From a bacterium (lineage in GTDB: Bacteria; UBA8248): DNA of 64,000 nucleotides. The stretch covers positions 608,001-672,000 of the forward strand of contig OZ241996.1 in assembly GCA_965204535.1 (NCBI GenBank), given 5' to 3'. Below the pieces are notes generated by a model that was not told the origin of the DNA, made no database searches, and saw nothing but the letters and a program-made list of their open reading frames with translations. The translations under genes and the position numbers were made by a program. The first letter of the stretch is position 1. Each line of letters opens with the position of its first letter. This document shows, one piece after another, positions 18,452 to 29,777 of this stretch.

Positions 18452-21307
18452 ATGACGACGAACTACAAGGAACTGCTGAACCTGCCCAAGACCTCGTTTC
18501 CCATGAAGGGGAACCTGCCCCGGCGCGAGCCGCAGATGCTCGAGTCCTGGGAGGCGCAGGATATTTACGAGAAGATCAGGGACGCATCGCAGGGCCGTAA
18601 AAAATACGTTCTGCACGACGGCCCCCCCTATGCGAACGGGCATATCCACCTGGGTACGGTGCTCAACAAGATTTTGAAGGACGTCGTGGTGAAATCGAAG
18701 CAGATGGCCGGTTTCGACGCCGTCTACGTGCCGGGGTGGGATTGCCACGGCCTGCCCATCGAGCACCAGGTGGACAAGGAACTCGGCCGCAAGCGCTTCG
18801 AGATAGACGAGGTGCAAAAGCGCAGGATGTGCCGTGAATACGCCGAGAAATACATCGACATCCAGCGGGACGAGTTCAAGCGCCTGGGCGTCTTCGGCGA
18901 CTGGGAGCGGCCCTACCTCACCATGAGCTACGACTACGAAGCCGCCACCGTGCGCGAACTGGCGCGCTTCATCGAGCGCGGCGGCGTGTATCTGGGTCTC
19001 AAACCCGTGCACTGGGCGCCGGGTCTGAGGACCGCGCTGGCGGAAGCCGAAGTGGAGTATGAAGAGGTCACCACGCCGAGCATCTATGTGAAATTCCCCA
19101 TCGCCGAGGAACAACTGCTGGGCTGGTCGGAGAAGATTGAAGGTCTGGGCGAGGCCGCAGAAGGTTCGCGGGTAAGCGTTCTCATCTGGACGACGACGCC
19201 TTGGACGCTGCCGGCCAATCTCGCGCTGGCGTTCAGTGAGACTCTCGAATACGGCGTGTTCCGCCACGGGGAGGAGTTGCTGATATTCCATGAGCATTTC
19301 CTGCCCCGGTTGAAAGAGCTGGCCGAACAAGAGGGAGCGAGCGCCACTTTCGAGAAGGTAGCGGGCTTTCAGGGGGGGGAGATCGAGGGCTTGCACGCGC
19401 GGCACCCCTGGATAGAGCGCGACTCGCTGGTCGTGAAGGCCGATTACGTCACCCTCGATCAGGGAACGGGCGTCGTGCACACCGCCCCCGGCCACGGGCG
19501 CGAGGACTACGAGACCGGCCTCAAATACGGCTTGGAAGTCTACAGCCCCATAGCGGACGACGGAAAGTTCACCGACGACGTGGCGCATTTCGCCGGCCAG
19601 TTCGTCTTCGATGCGGACCCGAACATCATCGCGCATCTGCGCGAATCGGGCCGCCTGTTCGCGGTGGAGGATTATACCCACCCCTATCCGCACGACTGGC
19701 GCAGCCACAGGCCGACCATCTTCCGCGCGACGCCGCAGTGGTTCATCTCGATGGAGCACGGCGATTTGAGAAAGCGCTCGCTCGAAGAGATTCGAAAGGT
19801 CGCCTGGGTGCCGCCCTGGGGCGAGGAGCGCATCTACGGCATGATCGAGAACAGGCCGGACTGGTGCATCTCGCGCCAGCGCTCCTGGGGCGTGCCCATC
19901 GTCGCCTTCCATTGCGAGGATTGCGGGCACGTCGTGGTGGACGCCGAGGTGGCGCACCGCGTGGCCGACCTGATGGAAGAAGGCGGCGCGGACGTATGGT
20001 TCGAGAGGCCGGCCGCGGAACTTCTGCCGCCGGGTTTCACCTGCCCCGTATGCGGCGGTACGTCTTTCAGGAAAGAGACCGACATTCTCGACGTATGGTT
20101 CGACTCGGGCGTCAGCCAGGCGGCCGTCCTGGAGAAGAGAGAAGAGTTGACGTGGCCTTCGGACATGTATCTCGAAGGTAGCGATCAGCACCGGGGCTGG
20201 TTCCACAGCTCCCTGCTCGCCGCTGTGGGCGTCAGGGACGCGGCGCCCTACCGCGAAGTGCTCACCCACGGCTACGTGGTGGACGGCAAGGGCAAGAAGA
20301 TGAGCAAATCCCTAGGCAATACGATCGCCCCTGAAGAAATTATCAAGAAATATGGTGCCGAGATATTAAGGCTTTGGGTCGCCGGGGAGAACTACCGGGA
20401 AGACATCCGCATTTCCCCGCAGATTCTGGACCGCATGGCCGAGGCCTACCGCCGGATCAGGAACACGTGCCGCTTCCTGCTGGGCAACCTGAGGGACTAT
20501 GAGAGCTTCGACCCCGCGCAGGACGCCGTTCCGCTGGCAGAGCGCATGGAGATCGACAGGCTCATCATCAGCCGCCTGGACAAGCTCGTCGAGCGCGTAC
20601 GGCAGGCCTACGCCGATTATGAATTTCACGCCGTCTACCATGCGCTCAACAACTTCTGCGCGGTCGATTTGTCCTCGTTCTATCTTGACGTTCTGAAAGA
20701 CAGGCTCTACATCTCGCTGCCGGACGATGTGGACAGGATATCGGGCGTCAGCACCATGCACGAAATCCTGGACGCGCTGCTCCGGATGATGGCGCCGATC
20801 CTGCCCTTCACGGCGGAAGAAGCCTATCAACTCACGCCGAAACTACACGGCGAGAGCATTCACCTGGCGTCCCTGCCCGAGGCCGACGCCGCGCGGCGCG
20901 ACGAGGCGCTCGAAGATAAATGGGAGCCTCTCATGCGCGCGCGGGCCGAGGTGTTAAAGGCGCTCGAGCTCGTCCGCCAGAATCAGGAAAAGGGCAAGGG
21001 CAGTTCTCTCAATTTCAGCGTGAGGCTGTTCACCGAGGAGAGTATGCGCGAGAAACTGGCGGTTCTGGAGCCCGAGATGGAAGACGTGTTCATCGTCTCG
21101 GGCGCCGCGCTCGCAGGCGCAGGCGAGGCACCCTCGGGCGATGTCTACCGCAGCGAGGAGGTGGAGGGTCTGGCCGTCGAGGTGAACGAGGCGCGGGGGG
21201 CGAAGTGCGCCATGTCGTGGAAAATCTCGGAAGACGTGGGCTCGGACCCGCGCTTCCCCGACCTCTCGGCGCGCTGCGCACACATCGCCGCGAAGGTGCT
21301 TTCGTGA
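18452..21307 (+). CDS. ileS: Isoleucine--tRNA ligase
   Basis: [28 protein letters not shown]. Confidence 0.98.
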   Translation: MTTNYKELLNLPKTSFPMKGNLPRREPQMLESWEAQDIYEKIRDASQGRKKYVLHDGPPYANGHIHLGTVLNKILKDVVVKSKQMAGFDAVYVPGWDCHGLPIEHQVDKELGRKRFEIDEVQKRRMCREYAEKYIDIQRDEFKRLGVFGDWERPYLTMSYDYEAATVRELARFIERGGVYLGLKPVHWAPGLRTALAEAEVEYEEVTTPSIYVKFPIAEEQLLGWSEKIEGLGEAAEGSRVSVLIWTTTPWTLPANLALAFSETLEYGVFRHGEELLIFHEHFLPRLKELAEQEGASATFEKVAGFQGGEIEGLHARHPWIERDSLVVKADYVTLDQGTGVVHTAPGHGREDYETGLKYGLEVYSPIADDGKFTDDVAHFAGQFVFDADPNIIAHLRESGRLFAVEDYTHPYPHDWRSHRPTIFRATPQWFISMEHGDLRKRSLEEIRKVAWVPPWGEERIYGMIENRPDWCISRQRSWGVPIVAFHCEDCGHVVVDAEVAHRVADLMEEGGADVWFERPAAELLPPGFTCPVCGGTSFRKETDILDVWFDSGVSQAAVLEKREELTWPSDMYLEGSDQHRGWFHSSLLAAVGVRDAAPYREVLTHGYVVDGKGKKMSKSLGNTIAPEEIIKKYGAEILRLWVAGENYREDIRISPQILDRMAEAYRRIRNTCRFLLGNLRDYESFDPAQDAVPLAERMEIDRLIISRLDKLVERVRQAYADYEFHAVYHALNNFCAVDLSSFYLDVLKDRLYISLPDDVDRISGVSTMHEILDALLRMMAPILPFTAEEAYQLTPKLHGESIHLASLPEADAARRDEALEDKWEPLMRARAEVLKALELVRQNQEKGKGSSLNFSVRLFTEESMREKLAVLEPEMEDVFIVSGAALAGAGEAPSGDVYRSEEVEGLAVEVNEARGAKCAMSWKISEDVGSDPRFPDLSARCAHIAAKVLS

Positions 21308-21813
21308 ACCGAAGGCCGGGGCTCAAGCCGTTTTTCCTCATCGCCGCTCTTTTCGCCCTGGCCGATCAGGTAATCAAGCAAATCGTCGATAAAACCTTCG
21401 CCCTGGGCGACTCGGTAGCGGTGGTTCCGGGGTTTTTCAACCTCGTACATTTGAGAAATTCCGGCGGGGCGTTCAGCATCCTGGACGGCCTGCCTCCCCT
21501 GTGGGGGCGTCTTTTCTTTATCTGCGCCACCCTGGCCGCGTTGGCGTTCGTCCTCTATCTATATCGCTCTCATCCGCCGGGAAATCTCTGGGGACGAGCG
21601 GGCATGATTCTCGTTTTCGGCGGCGGCCTGGGGAATCTGGTGGACAGGGTCGCCTACGGCGAGGTGATCGATTATCTCCTGTTCTATTATGGGCAATACC
21701 ATTGGCCCGCATTCAACCTGGCGGACTCGGGCATCACGGTCGGGGTCGGTCTGATGATAGTCGATCTCTTGCGGAGTCCGGGCGAGACCGCATCGACGCG
21801 GGAAGGCGGGTAA
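21304..21813 (+). CDS. lspA: Lipoprotein signal peptidase II
   Basis: NSGGAFS, GNLVDR, FNLADS; GTGA overlap with ileS. Confidence 0.95.
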   Translation: MNRRPGLKPFFLIAALFALADQVIKQIVDKTFALGDSVAVVPGFFNLVHLRNSGGAFSILDGLPPLWGRLFFICATLAALAFVLYLYRSHPPGNLWGRAGMILVFGGGLGNLVDRVAYGEVIDYLLFYYGQYHWPAFNLADSGITVGVGLMIVDLLRSPGETASTREGG

Positions 21814-21837
21814 AGATAATCGCCGGATTCACATGAG

Positions 21838-22407
21838 GTGGTTTCCACTTTCGGAGGGATGGAGATGCTCGGCCCTTTCCCGTTCTCGGGAACGCATGCG
21901 AGTCGAAACAAACCCTCCGTAGGTTCGGCGACCAGGGCGCGCGGTTATGCGCGCCATTATCTGTGGAACACGTCTGTTGTCTGGAGCATTATTTCTCTGG
22001 CCTGCATTTCGGGCCTGGGATACCTGTTTGCGCAACGCCCGCTTCAACAAGAGACGCTCTTCTACGCCGCCGTCTCGCTTCTGGGTGTTTTTCTCGCTTA
22101 TTCGTTCTGGCGAGCCTCTCGCGCGCTCAGAGACCTGATGGGCGAACCGGTGAACTTCGAGGGCCGCGTCGCGTCCAAAGCCTCCTATATCTTCTGGAAC
22201 AAGCTGGCCTTCCTGGAAGAAAAATATCACCTCAGAATCGTTCGCGGCGTAGGCATGCGTCCGCTGACGCTGGGGAGCGGAAAAATCATCAAGGAAGGCT
22301 GGTTTCTGGCCGCGCAGGGCTACCACGACCTCCTGGCTCCGGGCGATCAGGTCCGGGGGACGCTCTATCCCAGATCGCGCATCATCGGCGCCCTCGTCAA
22401 GGTATGA
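21838..22407 (+). CDS. Hypothetical membrane protein (2 TM); start uncertain
   Basis: Two hydrophobic segments; stop overlaps the downstream ATG. Confidence 0.6.
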   Translation: MVSTFGGMEMLGPFPFSGTHASRNKPSVGSATRARGYARHYLWNTSVVWSIISLACISGLGYLFAQRPLQQETLFYAAVSLLGVFLAYSFWRASRALRDLMGEPVNFEGRVASKASYIFWNKLAFLEEKYHLRIVRGVGMRPLTLGSGKIIKEGWFLAAQGYHDLLAPGDQVRGTLYPRSRIIGALVKV

Positions 22408-23369
22408 GTGTGGCGGAGAAGGGCGAGAAAACCTGGGCGCTTGTCTGCCGTGAAGGCGCCAAGCGGGTCGATTCATTTCTGGCCCGGAACCTGAAAGACC
22501 TCTCCCGTTCTCGCGTGCAGGCGCTCATCCGAGACGGCATGGTCTCGGTCGATGGAAGAGTGGAGACGAAAACGGCACATGCGCTCATGAGCGGCACGCG
22601 CGTCGTGGTGACGCTGCCGCCACCCGCGCCCTCCCACATCGAGGCCGAAGAGATTGCGCTCGACGTTCGCTACGAGGACGAACACCTGCTTGTGATCAAC
22701 AAGCCGCCCGGCATGGTGGTTCACCCCGGCGCCGGACAGCGCAAGGGAACTCTCGCCGCCGCTCTTTTGCATCACTGCAGAGGACAGCTCTCGGGCATCG
22801 GCGGGGTGGAGAGGCCCGGCATCGTTCACCGGCTCGACAAGGACACGTCCGGCCTGCTGATTGCGGCGAAAACGGATGCCGCGCACCGAAAACTATCCGC
22901 CGATCTCAAGGCGCGCCGGATTCACCGCCACTATCTGGCCATCGTCCGGGGCATCCCCGCGCAGGGGGAGGGGACGGTAGACGCTCCCATCGGACGCCAT
23001 CCGGCCCACAGGATGGCCATGGCGGTCGTGGAGAGCGGGCGTCGGGCGGTGACTCACTACGCGGTCCGTGAAGTGCTGGGAGACGCATCGCTTTTGGGCA
23101 TTACGCTGGAGACGGGCAGAACGCATCAAATCAGGGTGCACATGAGCCACATCGGGCATCCCGTCCTGGGTGATCCGGTCTACGGTCTGGGCCGGTTGCC
23201 GAGAGGGCCCCGCAAGAAGAACAAATCGAATCAAAAGAGCCTCATCGGGAGACAGGCGCTCCATGCGCACAGGCTGGGTTTTTGCCACCCCATCGAAGGG
23301 GATGAGCGGGAACTGGTGGCCGAACCTCCGGCGGATTTCCTGAAACTGCTGGAGGATTTGCGGGGGTAG
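22404..23369 (+). CDS. rluD: RluA/RluD family pseudouridine synthase
   Basis: S4 domain, NKPPGMVVHP, HRLDKDTSG, GRTHQIRVH. Confidence 0.92.
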   Translation: MSVAEKGEKTWALVCREGAKRVDSFLARNLKDLSRSRVQALIRDGMVSVDGRVETKTAHALMSGTRVVVTLPPPAPSHIEAEEIALDVRYEDEHLLVINKPPGMVVHPGAGQRKGTLAAALLHHCRGQLSGIGGVERPGIVHRLDKDTSGLLIAAKTDAAHRKLSADLKARRIHRHYLAIVRGIPAQGEGTVDAPIGRHPAHRMAMAVVESGRRAVTHYAVREVLGDASLLGITLETGRTHQIRVHMSHIGHPVLGDPVYGLGRLPRGPRKKNKSNQKSLIGRQALHAHRLGFCHPIEGDERELVAEPPADFLKLLEDLRG

Positions 23370-23568
23370 CTCTCTTGCTGAATGAGTTTCACGCCTAAGC
23401 CGCCCGAGGCGTCCCAAGGTTTCGTTTCGTCTCATTCCTTGCCTATCGCGTTCGAGGTATGCCATAAGAACTCCTGACACATGGAGAACCCATTTCAAGC
23501 ATTTTGAGTTATCTGCTCTGGTAATTTGGAGAAAAGATATCTCATCCTTTTGTTAATTGAGGACTTAT

Positions 23569-24753
23569 ATGAAAGACGTCGTCATTCTCAGCAGCGTTCG
23601 TTCCCCGGGCGGAGCCTTCGGCGGCACGCTCAAAGGCATGACCGCACCGGAGATGGGTGTTCACATCGCGCGCGAGGCGGTTCAGAGATCAGGCGTGGAG
23701 CCCGAACATTTCGACGAGACCATCATCGGCCACGGCTGGCAGGCGGGGGTGGGGCCCAATTCCGCGCGGCTCATCTCGGTGGGCGCGGGGCTTCCCAAGG
23801 AGACGCCCGCTTACACCATTAACAAGCGCTGCGGTTCGAGCATCAAGGCCGCAGCCCTGGCTGCGCAGGCAATCCGCGCGGGCGATGCGGATGTCGTTCT
23901 CGCGGGCGGCGTGGAGAGCACCTCCAACGTGCCCTTCGTGAACCCGGGCGCGCGGTGGGGAAACCGCTTCGGGCACGCGCAGTTTCTGGACCTGATCTAC
24001 AAGGACGGCTATGAGGACCCGCTCTCGGGGCAGCTCATGGGCGTGACGGCCGAGAATCTGGTGGAAAAATACAATCTGAGCCGCGAGGAGCAGGATGAGT
24101 ACGCGCTCGAAAGCCAGGAGAAGGCCGTGGCGGCCGTCGAGGGCGGAAAGTTCGCCGATGAGATCGTGCCGGTCGAGCTGAAAGGCCGAAAGGGCGAGGT
24201 GAACGTGTTCGATAAGGACGAGACGCCGCGCAGCGGCATGTCGATGGAAAAACTGGGCCGCCTCAGGCCCGTCTTCGACAAGAACGGCTCCGTCACCCCC
24301 GGGAATTCCTGCTGTCAGGCGGATGCGGCCTCCGCCCTCGTGCTTGCGTCCAGGGAAAAGGCGGACGAGTTGGGCGCGAAGCCCGTCGCCGTCCTGCGCG
24401 GCTACGCCTCGACGGGCGTGGAGCCCCGCTACATGGGGCTGGGACCCGTGACGGCTATGCCTAAAGCGCTCGAACGCGCGGGGCTGGCGCTTGCGGACAT
24501 GGATTTGATCGAGGTGAACGAGGCGTTCGCCGCCCAGGTCATCGCCTGCGAGCGCGAACTCGAGTGGGACAGGAAAAAGCTGAACGTGCACGGCGGCGCC
24601 ATCGCGCTCGGCCATCCGGTGGGCGCAACGGGCGGAAAGATTATCGCCACCTGCCTGAGCGCGCTCGAGCAAAGGGGCGGGCAGTTCGGCGTCGTGAGCG
24701 CCTGCATCGGCGGGGGCCAGGGGGTGGCCGTCGTCCTGGAGCGCGTCGCATAG
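23569..24753 (+). CDS. Acetyl-CoA C-acyltransferase (thiolase)
   Basis: NKRCGSS, NEAFA, GHPVGATG, CIGGGQG. Confidence 0.95.
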   Translation: MKDVVILSSVRSPGGAFGGTLKGMTAPEMGVHIAREAVQRSGVEPEHFDETIIGHGWQAGVGPNSARLISVGAGLPKETPAYTINKRCGSSIKAAALAAQAIRAGDADVVLAGGVESTSNVPFVNPGARWGNRFGHAQFLDLIYKDGYEDPLSGQLMGVTAENLVEKYNLSREEQDEYALESQEKAVAAVEGGKFADEIVPVELKGRKGEVNVFDKDETPRSGMSMEKLGRLRPVFDKNGSVTPGNSCCQADAASALVLASREKADELGAKPVAVLRGYASTGVEPRYMGLGPVTAMPKALERAGLALADMDLIEVNEAFAAQVIACERELEWDRKKLNVHGGAIALGHPVGATGGKIIATCLSALEQRGGQFGVVSACIGGGQGVAVVLERVA

Positions 24754-24792
24754 GCGCGATAGTTGTAAGGTTGAGCAAAACCAGAGGGTGAG

Positions 24793-25647
24793 ATGGGAAT
24801 GGAAAAGGCAATGGTGGTGGGCGCGGGTACGATGGGCGCAGGGATCGCCCAGCTTTTCGCGCAAAACGAGATTCCGGTGGTCCTGACGGATCTGAGCGAA
24901 GAGATGGTGGCGAAGGCGATTTCGGGGCTTGAGGCGCGCGTCGCCAAGCGCGTCGAGCAGGGCAAGATGTCTGCCGAGGCGAAAGACGCCGTTTTCTCGC
25001 GCATCACGCCTGCGACGGGCTACGCGAAAGCGGCGGATGCGGACGTTGTCGTCGAGGCCGTTTTCGAGGATATGGATATCAAGAAGGAAGTGCTGGGCGC
25101 GCTGGATGAAGCCGCGCCCGAGCGCGCGGTTTTCGCATCGAACACCACCTCGCTCTCCATCACCGAGATGGCGGCGGCCACATCGAGGCCCGAGAAGGTC
25201 GTGGGCGTGCACTTTTTCAACCCGCCGCTGGTGATGAAGCTCGTCGAGATCATGCCGGGTCTCGGCACCTCGAAAGAGACGGTGGAGGCGGCCCGCGCCC
25301 TGGCCGAGCGGCTCGGCAAGACGCCCGTGATGGCGAATTTCGACAGCCCGGCGGGCATCGGCAGCCGCGTGCTGGCGGGAATGCTCAACGAGGCGGTGGA
25401 AGTCTATGCGGGCGGTCTGGCCTCCGCCGAGGACATCGACAAGGCGATGAAGATGGGCGCAGGCCTGGCCATGGGGCCGCTCGAACTCATCGACCTGATC
25501 GGCGTGGATATCCACCTCGCCAAGACGGAGACGCTCTACCGCGAACTGGGCGATACGCGCTACCGGCCCAACTTCCTGCTGCGCAAGATGGTCAAGGCGG
25601 GCCACCTGGGCCGAAAGGCCGGCCGCGGTTTCTTCACCTACGAGTAA
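24793..25647 (+). CDS. 3-hydroxyacyl(butyryl)-CoA dehydrogenase
   Basis: GAGTMGAGIA, HFFNP, MGPLELIDLIG. Confidence 0.93.
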   Translation: MGMEKAMVVGAGTMGAGIAQLFAQNEIPVVLTDLSEEMVAKAISGLEARVAKRVEQGKMSAEAKDAVFSRITPATGYAKAADADVVVEAVFEDMDIKKEVLGALDEAAPERAVFASNTTSLSITEMAAATSRPEKVVGVHFFNPPLVMKLVEIMPGLGTSKETVEAARALAERLGKTPVMANFDSPAGIGSRVLAGMLNEAVEVYAGGLASAEDIDKAMKMGAGLAMGPLELIDLIGVDIHLAKTETLYRELGDTRYRPNFLLRKMVKAGHLGRKAGRGFFTYE

Positions 25648-25668
25648 GCCTCCCATCCTGAGACGACC

Positions 25669-26820
25669 GTGGACTTTGAACTCAACGAGACCCAGCGGCT
25701 GATCAAGGAGACGGCGGCGGAGTTCGCCCAACGGCGGATCGTCCCCGTCGCCCGGGAGAACGACGAGAAAGAACGTTATCCGGCGGACATCGTCGCCGAG
25801 ATGGGCGCGTTGGGCATGTTCGGCGGGCCTATCCCTGAGGAATACGGCGGCGCGGGCCTCGACTACATCTCCTACGCCATTATGAACGAGGAGATCAGCA
25901 AGGCGTGCAGTTCGGTGCGCACCGTCTTGTCGGTGCAGATCTCTCTCGTCGCCACCACGATCCTGAAGTGGGGGAGTGAGGCGCAGAAGCAGAAATATCT
26001 TCCCAGACTCTGCTCGGCGGAGTGGATCGGGTGTTTCGGCCTCACCGAGCCGGATGTGGGCTCAGACGCGCAGCACCTGAAGACCTTCGCGGAGAAGACG
26101 CCTGGCGGCTGGAAACTGAACGGCCAGAAGATATGGATCAGCAACGGAGGCGTCGCGCAGCTTGCGCTCGTGATCGCGCAGACCGATCGCGAGAACCCCC
26201 GCAAGATGGCGGCCTTTCTGGTGGAGACCGACTCGCCCGGCTTCGAGGCCAGGACGATGCACGGGAAGCTGGGACTCAGGAGTTCGAACACCGCCGAGCT
26301 ATTCCTGGCGAACGTGGAAGTGCCCGATGACGCCTTGATGGGGGAGGTGGGCGATGGCTTTAAGGTCGCGATGAGCGCGCTCGACAACGGGCGCTATTCG
26401 GTGGGCGCGGGTTGCCTGGGAATAGCGCAGGGCTCCTTAGAGGCGTCGGTCGCCTACGCGAAGGAGCGCCGCACGTTCGGTAAGCCCATCGCCGCGCACC
26501 AGCTCGTGCAGGACATGATCGCCCGCATGGTGGTCGACATCGACGCGAGCAGGCTCCTGCTCTACCGGGCGGGAGAACTCAAGAACGCGAGCAAGCCGAA
26601 TACGCGCGAGACTTCCATCGCCAAATACTATTGCACCGAGGCGGCCCTTCGCTGCGCGAACGACGCGATTCAGATTCACGGCGGAATGGGCTACAGCAAC
26701 GAATATCCCGTGGAGCGCTACATGCGCGACGCGCGCGTGGCGACCATCTACGAGGGAACCAGCCAGATCCAGAAGCTCATCATCGCAGGCTTTGAAACCG
26801 GAATCCGCGCGTTCGCTTGA
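25669..26820 (+). CDS. Acyl-CoA dehydrogenase
   Basis: LTEPDVGSD, QIHGGMGY, IYEGTSQI. Confidence 0.95.
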   Translation: MDFELNETQRLIKETAAEFAQRRIVPVARENDEKERYPADIVAEMGALGMFGGPIPEEYGGAGLDYISYAIMNEEISKACSSVRTVLSVQISLVATTILKWGSEAQKQKYLPRLCSAEWIGCFGLTEPDVGSDAQHLKTFAEKTPGGWKLNGQKIWISNGGVAQLALVIAQTDRENPRKMAAFLVETDSPGFEARTMHGKLGLRSSNTAELFLANVEVPDDALMGEVGDGFKVAMSALDNGRYSVGAGCLGIAQGSLEASVAYAKERRTFGKPIAAHQLVQDMIARMVVDIDASRLLLYRAGELKNASKPNTRETSIAKYYCTEAALRCANDAIQIHGGMGYSNEYPVERYMRDARVATIYEGTSQIQKLIIAGFETGIRAFA

Positions 26821-26891
26821 GTGAGATATCCGGTTCTATTTCTTCGGTGAGCCACTGACACCCGGAAATTCAAATCCTTTCCGGTTCCGGG

Positions 26892-27818
26892 CTATGCCTT
26901 TTTCCTTCTAGCGCGGCGTTTCCGGGGTTTCGGCGCCGGGCGTTCTTTCAGGAACCAGTCGAGTATCTGCTCGCCGTCCCAGCAGACCACCCCCGGTTTC
27001 GACAGGATATGCTCGAAGGTCTCGCGCACGTATTTGATCCGGTGCGGCGAACCCGAGAGATAAGGGTGCATGGCGATCGACATCACCTTGGTGGATTCGT
27101 GGCTTTCGGCATAAACGGTCTCGAAGTAATCAATCGCGCGGTCGCGGAAGACCCGGGACTCATGGTACTGGATCGCCATGCTCACGATGTCGTGGAGCTC
27201 GTAGTTGTAGGGCAGTGCCACGACCGTCTTGCCGACCGTCGTCTTCACGTGCACCGGCTGGTCGTCGAGCACCCAGTCGCCGATGTATTCGACCCCGGCT
27301 TCGGCGAGAAGATCCAGCGTCTGGTAGGTCTGGGTCAGCCCCGGACCGAACCAGCCGCGCGGCCTCTTGCCGCAGAATTCCGTGATGATGTCCATGCACT
27401 CCTCGATCGTCGCGCGCTCGTCGTCTAGTTTGTGCATGGGTATCTGCTCGTAGGAGTGGGCGTTGAACTCCCAGCCCGCTTCCAGGCAGGCCCCGGCGAC
27501 TTGCGGGTATTCCAGGCAGGTGCGGGCGTTCAGCGTCACCGTCGGTCGTACGCCCAGATCGTCCAGCATGCGCTTGATGCGCCACACGCCGACCCGCATG
27601 CCGTATTCGTGCCAGCTCCAGTTGGGATGATCGGGGAGCATCGGCACCCCCTGGGGCGGGGGTATCACCATGCGCGCCATGGGCCGGACGATGTCCCACA
27701 CCTCCAGCGCCAGTACCGGCCAGAGCACCAGGCGTGCGCCTCCGGGAAGTTTGAGCGGTTTGCGATCGACGATGGCCGAATAGGGCAGGCGGTCGCCGGG
27801 CCTCATGCCTTCTTTCAT
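26892..27818 (-). CDS. Polysaccharide deacetylase family protein (PuuE-like)
   Basis: EYGMRVGVWR, AHSY, PRGWFGPG, DDQP, HPYLSG. Confidence 0.85.
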   Translation of the reverse strand: MKEGMRPGDRLPYSAIVDRKPLKLPGGARLVLWPVLALEVWDIVRPMARMVIPPPQGVPMLPDHPNWSWHEYGMRVGVWRIKRMLDDLGVRPTVTLNARTCLEYPQVAGACLEAGWEFNAHSYEQIPMHKLDDERATIEECMDIITEFCGKRPRGWFGPGLTQTYQTLDLLAEAGVEYIGDWVLDDQPVHVKTTVGKTVVALPYNYELHDIVSMAIQYHESRVFRDRAIDYFETVYAESHESTKVMSIAMHPYLSGSPHRIKYVRETFEHILSKPGVVCWDGEQILDWFLKERPAPKPRKRRARRKKA

Positions 27819-28022
27819 GTCTTGTCTCCGAATAGGTTGCGCCCGACCGGATGGAGCGGCGCGCGGTTTTTTTGCCGTGAATATAACATAGTCGCGAAGG
27901 CGCGGCGGGCAACCGCGCCCTGGGACTTCATTTCAAAATCGACGCGCGCGGTATATGGCTCGTTTCCCGAGCCGATGCCGGCCGCCGGGAAGCGCCCCGG
28001 TGCGCCCTTGATTCGCCTGTTT

Positions 28023-28607
28023 CTAGGGCTTCCAGGCTTCGGGCGGCGCCGCCACGTCGCGCGGGTGGCCGTCTCGGGAGAGGCGGTCGCGGAACCAATC
28101 CTCGTTCACCCGGTTCGTGTAGGGGTCCATGACGGCCATGTCGCAGAATATCTCGATGCAGTTGCCGGACGGGTCTGCGATGTAGAGCGCGTGGTTCTCG
28201 CCCCAGAAGCCGTCTCCTTCGGGGTGGGTGGGGCTGTGGATGGAAGGCCCCCAGAAGATTTCAACGCCCTTTTCTTCGAGATAAGACGCCCACTCCTCGA
28301 TTTGCGTGCGGTCTTCCACCTCGAACGCGATGTGGTGCAGGCCCGTCTGCAAGGAGAAGAAGGAGCGCTCCTCGGGCGGGGCGGGGCCTTCGCCCTCGGG
28401 CCAGAAGATGAGGTTCATGTCGTGGTGAAGCTCCGTGCACCGCATGAAGCAAAGCCCGAAGGGGAAATCGCCCACCGTGCCCGGCTCGAATATCTCCGAG
28501 ACGGTGAAGCCCAGCGTATTGACGTAGAAATCCTTGGCCGCCTCGATGTCGTGCACCTTGATGGCGGCGTGTTGGAGCCGCGTGAAGCCCCCCGATGGTC
28601 TCGGCAT
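28023..28607 (-). CDS. VOC/glyoxalase (extradiol dioxygenase-like) protein
   Basis: HAAIKV, HHD, LHHIAFEV, DPSGNCIE. Confidence 0.85.
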   Translation of the reverse strand: MPRPSGGFTRLQHAAIKVHDIEAAKDFYVNTLGFTVSEIFEPGTVGDFPFGLCFMRCTELHHDMNLIFWPEGEGPAPPEERSFFSLQTGLHHIAFEVEDRTQIEEWASYLEEKGVEIFWGPSIHSPTHPEGDGFWGENHALYIADPSGNCIEIFCDMAVMDPYTNRVNEDWFRDRLSRDGHPRDVAAPPEAWKP

Positions 28608-28640
28608 GAAAAAATCTCCTCCGCTGTTATGAATCCATTC

Positions 28641-29777
28641 TTATGAGTCGATGCAGGCCCAGGAATCCCTGCCCAGATCCCCCAGTCCCTCGCAGCCGTC
28701 CTCGGTGACGGCGACGGCGTCTTCTATCTTCACGTGGCCGACCTCCGCGTGGCGGATGTCGCATTCGACGGACACCACCATGCCCGCCTCCAGCTTACGC
28801 TCCACCTCGGGGCCGAAGCGCGGCAACTCCTGCTGCACCATGCCGATGCCGTGCACCTCGAAAATTCCCATGTCGGCGAAGCCGGTGTCCGCGAACGCCT
28901 GGTGTCCCCGCTCATGCACCGATGCGCAACTCGCCCCGGCCCGGATGGCGTCCCGGCAGGCGTCGACCGAGTGGAGACAGGCTTTGTGCAATTCCTCGGC
29001 CAGAGCGGACGGTTCGCCCCGCACCCCCATGCGGCAGATGTCGGACATGTAGCCCGCCTCGGAGCCGCCCGCGTCGATGTGGAGGATTTCCCCTTTCTCC
29101 CAGATTTTATCCGAGGGCTCGCGACGCATGCCGGGTCCCGCCGCCGTGAAGGCGTAGTGGAAATGGAGCCCGCGCCGCACCATTTCCTCTTCCACCCTTT
29201 GCTCGATTCTTCTGGTCGTTACGTCGCGCGCTCCCTCCTGAAAGCCGGCCTGGATGGCTTCTGAATCCGCAAGCGCCGCACGCCGGAATATCGCAAGCTC
29301 GTCCTCGCGCTTCACGGCGCGCAACTCTTCGAGAATCTCCAGCGAATCGACGAACCTTGCGCCGTGGAGTTCGCGCGCAAGCGCTTCCATCGCATCCACC
29401 GGCATGAAGGCGCGCTCGACGGCGATGGTTCCCTCGGCGAGGCCCCGCTTCCTGATCGCTTCAGCGGCCGTCTCGGAGGCGCCGACGGTTCCCCGCGCCT
29501 TCGTGTAGATGACATCGGGTATCCAGGTATCCACCTCGTTTCGCGGAGACGCCTCGACGCGCCATGCCACCTGAAAGGCGTTCTCGGAGTTTTCCCGCAG
29601 AATCCCCACGAAGGGGAGGTACTGGCTCGGTCCGATGGCGGCCACCCGCTCGCGGAAATGGAAGTAATAGCCGCCCGACAGGTAGCGGATGTTGTGGGGC
29701 GTGTGCGCGAGCAAGAGGTCGATGCCCGCATCTTCCATCAGGCGGGCGAGTTTTTGCTCGTCGTACAGCGGCTTCAT
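28641..29777 (-). CDS. M24 family (Xaa-Pro peptidase/creatinase-like) hydrolase
   Basis: IDAGG..SDICR, HGIG, E..EDAV metal ligands. Confidence 0.85.
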   Translation of the reverse strand: MKPLYDEQKLARLMEDAGIDLLLAHTPHNIRYLSGGYYFHFRERVAAIGPSQYLPFVGILRENSENAFQVAWRVEASPRNEVDTWIPDVIYTKARGTVGASETAAEAIRKRGLAEGTIAVERAFMPVDAMEALARELHGARFVDSLEILEELRAVKREDELAIFRRAALADSEAIQAGFQEGARDVTTRRIEQRVEEEMVRRGLHFHYAFTAAGPGMRREPSDKIWEKGEILHIDAGGSEAGYMSDICRMGVRGEPSALAEELHKACLHSVDACRDAIRAGASCASVHERGHQAFADTGFADMGIFEVHGIGMVQQELPRFGPEVERKLEAGMVVSVECDIRHAEVGHVKIEDAVAVTEDGCEGLGDLGRDSWACIDS

